From NCBI RefSeq assembly GCF_054482595.1, contig NZ_CM137008.1: DNA of 64,000 bases. One strand, given 5' to 3'. Shown here piece by piece: positions 62,041-64,000 of this stretch; within the stretch, counting starts at the first letter, position 1; each line of letters opens with the position of its first letter. A program made the position numbers and the translations under genes. Under the pieces are notes generated by a model that worked only from the letters and a program-made list of their open reading frames with translations, made no database searches and was not told the origin of the DNA.

Positions 62041-62343
62041 TTTGTTCTCCTTAATTATGCAAGGAGTATTTGATCATGTATAAGCAATAAAAACAGCTTC
62101 AGGTAATGAGGAATATCTCAATTTTTAAACATAAAATGCGAACTATTTAGTACAAAAAGTGAACTTCTGATGATCTTTCCCTGGATTTACATTAGGTTGG
62201 TTATTTTCCATACCCACAACTATATTTTCTCTCTGAATTTAATACGTGCAAGACAATCGCAGCACTCTAACTGACTTCGATGTGATTTGATGTTCAGAAA
62301 AATCCCTCATTAGATTATTATCATGAAATACAGCCAATTATCT

Positions 62344-63369
62344 TTAGTTTTTATATTTCTCAATATATTCTTTTGAAAGGATTCGCGCCTTTTCAAACTC
62401 TTCAGGAGTTAATCTATTTTCCATCTTCAATTTATATTGAACACTTTTATCAAGTCCATGAGCGTATGCGGCACTGAACCAGGCATATGCCTTTTTATTA
62501 TCGAGTGGTAACTCTTTCGTGCCTACGGAATAGATTAATGCAAGATTATGTTGTGCAACAGGATCACCATGTGTGGCTGACTTTCTTAACAGTTCTATTG
62601 CTTTATATTTATTTACAGTAATCCCACCCAGTCCTTCATAGTAAAAGATACTTAGTGCTGATTGTGCTTTTATGAAACCTTGACTTGCCGATTTATCATA
62701 CCAAAAGGCGGCTTTATTATAATCCTTTTTAATAATAACGCCTTCATAATAGAGTCGCCCTAAATGATACTGAGCAACCTTATCCCCTTGCTCCGCAGCG
62801 ATACGATACCACTTATCTGCCAGATCTTTTTTATTAGTCTCATCATATAGTAAAGCAAGGTTAGTTTGAGCCGTAACTAATCCAGAATTTGCAGCTTTAT
62901 TTAACCACGCTATGGCCTTACCATAATCTCTTATCACGCCACTCCCTTTACTATATAATACTCCTAAGTTTCCCTGCGCTTCTGGAAAACCTTTTTCAGC
63001 TGCCATTTGATAACATTCAAATGCTTTTTCATAATTTTGAGACACCCCATAACCATGAGCATACATAACACCGAGGTTATACTGAGCCTCTGTCAGCCCC
63101 TGTTTTGCTGCAAGCGAGTACCAATATACTGCATCTTTATAACTCTGGATTCCTTCAGAACCACTTCGATATAACTCCGCGAGTTTAAATTGCGCAGTAG
63201 CATCTCCCTTATCAGCATCTTTTCTTATATATGTCATTTTATTGGAGGCTGCTGTGTCTTCTGTCACCCCAATTGCAACAGGAATACTCAACACTTCAAA
63301 AAAAAACATCACAACAACACACATTAATATTTTTCGGTTATTTTTTATCGGCATCTTTTTTATCATCAC
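62344..63369 (-). CDS. Secreted Sel1-repeat (TPR-like) protein; candidate immunity protein
   Basis: 341-aa ORF; N-terminal hydrophobic signal/anchor; about 8 tandem Sel1 repeats (AQxxLGxxYxxGxGVxxDYxKAxxWYxKAA); immediately downstream of the toxin tip. Confidence 0.7.
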   Translation of the reverse strand: MMIKKMPIKNNRKILMCVVVMFFFEVLSIPVAIGVTEDTAASNKMTYIRKDADKGDATAQFKLAELYRSGSEGIQSYKDAVYWYSLAAKQGLTEAQYNLGVMYAHGYGVSQNYEKAFECYQMAAEKGFPEAQGNLGVLYSKGSGVIRDYGKAIAWLNKAANSGLVTAQTNLALLYDETNKKDLADKWYRIAAEQGDKVAQYHLGRLYYEGVIIKKDYNKAAFWYDKSASQGFIKAQSALSIFYYEGLGGITVNKYKAIELLRKSATHGDPVAQHNLALIYSVGTKELPLDNKKAYAWFSAAYAHGLDKSVQYKLKMENRLTPEEFEKARILSKEYIEKYKN

Positions 63370-63472
63370 CTTTAAATTTATCTACCGCTTCACTAGAAGT
63401 CATGTCAGTAATATAATCTCCAAATGCATTTTCAGGCACAAAGGGTAATTTACCCAAAGTTGCACCTAATAA

Positions 63473-64000
63473 TTACTCCGCTCCTGTATCAGCAGCAGCA
63501 TAAACACCAGATTTAAAATCCCCTCCCTTACTTAAAAATGACAATCCCATTTTCAAAGCTATTTTCTCAACAAACGTTTTTCCCGCTCCCCAAGAACCAC
63601 CTAAAGCACATAGCGCCAACTCGGATTTATCCGGCATCTTATGATCAGACATATAGTCAGTCGTAGCAACCGCACCACATGAACTAAGACTTCCAATTGC
63701 TATCTCCCCCCATGTAAGAGTCCCCCCTTCTAATGCAGCCGCACTTGCTACTGGCCCGGTAAATACTACTCCGGCAATAACAGGAGGCAGTAAAGCCCAT
63801 CCTTTTACATAATCGTCTAATGGATTATACACTCCACGCATACTTGAAAAATCATCCAACGCTTTAAATTTTTCTTCATCTGACAGGTTCGGGGCGAATC
63901 CAACATTAGCCCCCTGCATAGTGTTATAATAATTAGTTCCAAATATCATTTGCGGCGTTACATTAGCTAACCCCAACGGATCTATATGTTCAATAGGATT
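63473..64000 (-). CDS. C-terminal tip of an Rhs-type polymorphic toxin (5' end beyond window)
   Basis: Frame is open to the window edge; translation at 63970-64000 reads NPIEHIDPLGL (PxxxxDPxGL demarcation motif), followed by a ~165-aa glycine-rich, partly hydrophobic domain ending at the stop at 63473. Confidence 0.6.
   Translation of the reverse strand, partial: NPIEHIDPLGLANVTPQMIFGTNYYNTMQGANVGFAPNLSDEEKFKALDDFSSMRGVYNPLDDYVKGWALLPPVIAGVVFTGPVASAAALEGGTLTWGEIAIGSLSSCGAVATTDYMSDHKMPDKSELALCALGGSWGAGKTFVEKIALKMGLSFLSKGGDFKSGVYAAADTGAE

Overview
This window reads as an Escherichia coli-type chromosomal backbone with several accessory patches; gene names are assigned from remembered protein sequences and K-12 gene order, not from any database search. 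Left to right: the rclR/rclABC reactive-chlorine locus, an apparently intact 1417-aa intimin-like adhesin (eaeH/fdeC), a small redox/detox island (two aldo-keto reductases, LysR regulators, an alpha/beta hydrolase, an Old-Yellow-Enzyme flavoprotein) carrying one complete IS2 with a 5-bp target duplication inside a LysR gene, ykgR and the Zur-controlled ykgM-ykgO ribosomal paralogs, the ecpRABCDE common-pilus operon, ykgJ, yagU, paoABCD, and a ~5.5 kb island remnant at the 3' end of tRNA-Thr (thrW). Beyond thrW come proBA, phoE, crl, frsA, gpt, pepD, a decayed rtcB-prfH module, yafP-dinB (with no yafNO between them), the lfhA/lafU Flag-2 deletion scar, REP-flanked rayT, yafL, dinJ-yafQ, yafK, yafJ, gmhA, fadE, ivy and yafV. 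The most interesting candidate is at the right edge: the C-terminal tip of an Rhs-type polymorphic toxin (PxxxxDPxGL motif followed by a ~165-aa glycine-rich domain), then a secreted Sel1-repeat protein that may be its immunity partner, then an H-repeat transposase fragment. No CRISPR array, rRNA or intact prophage was seen.
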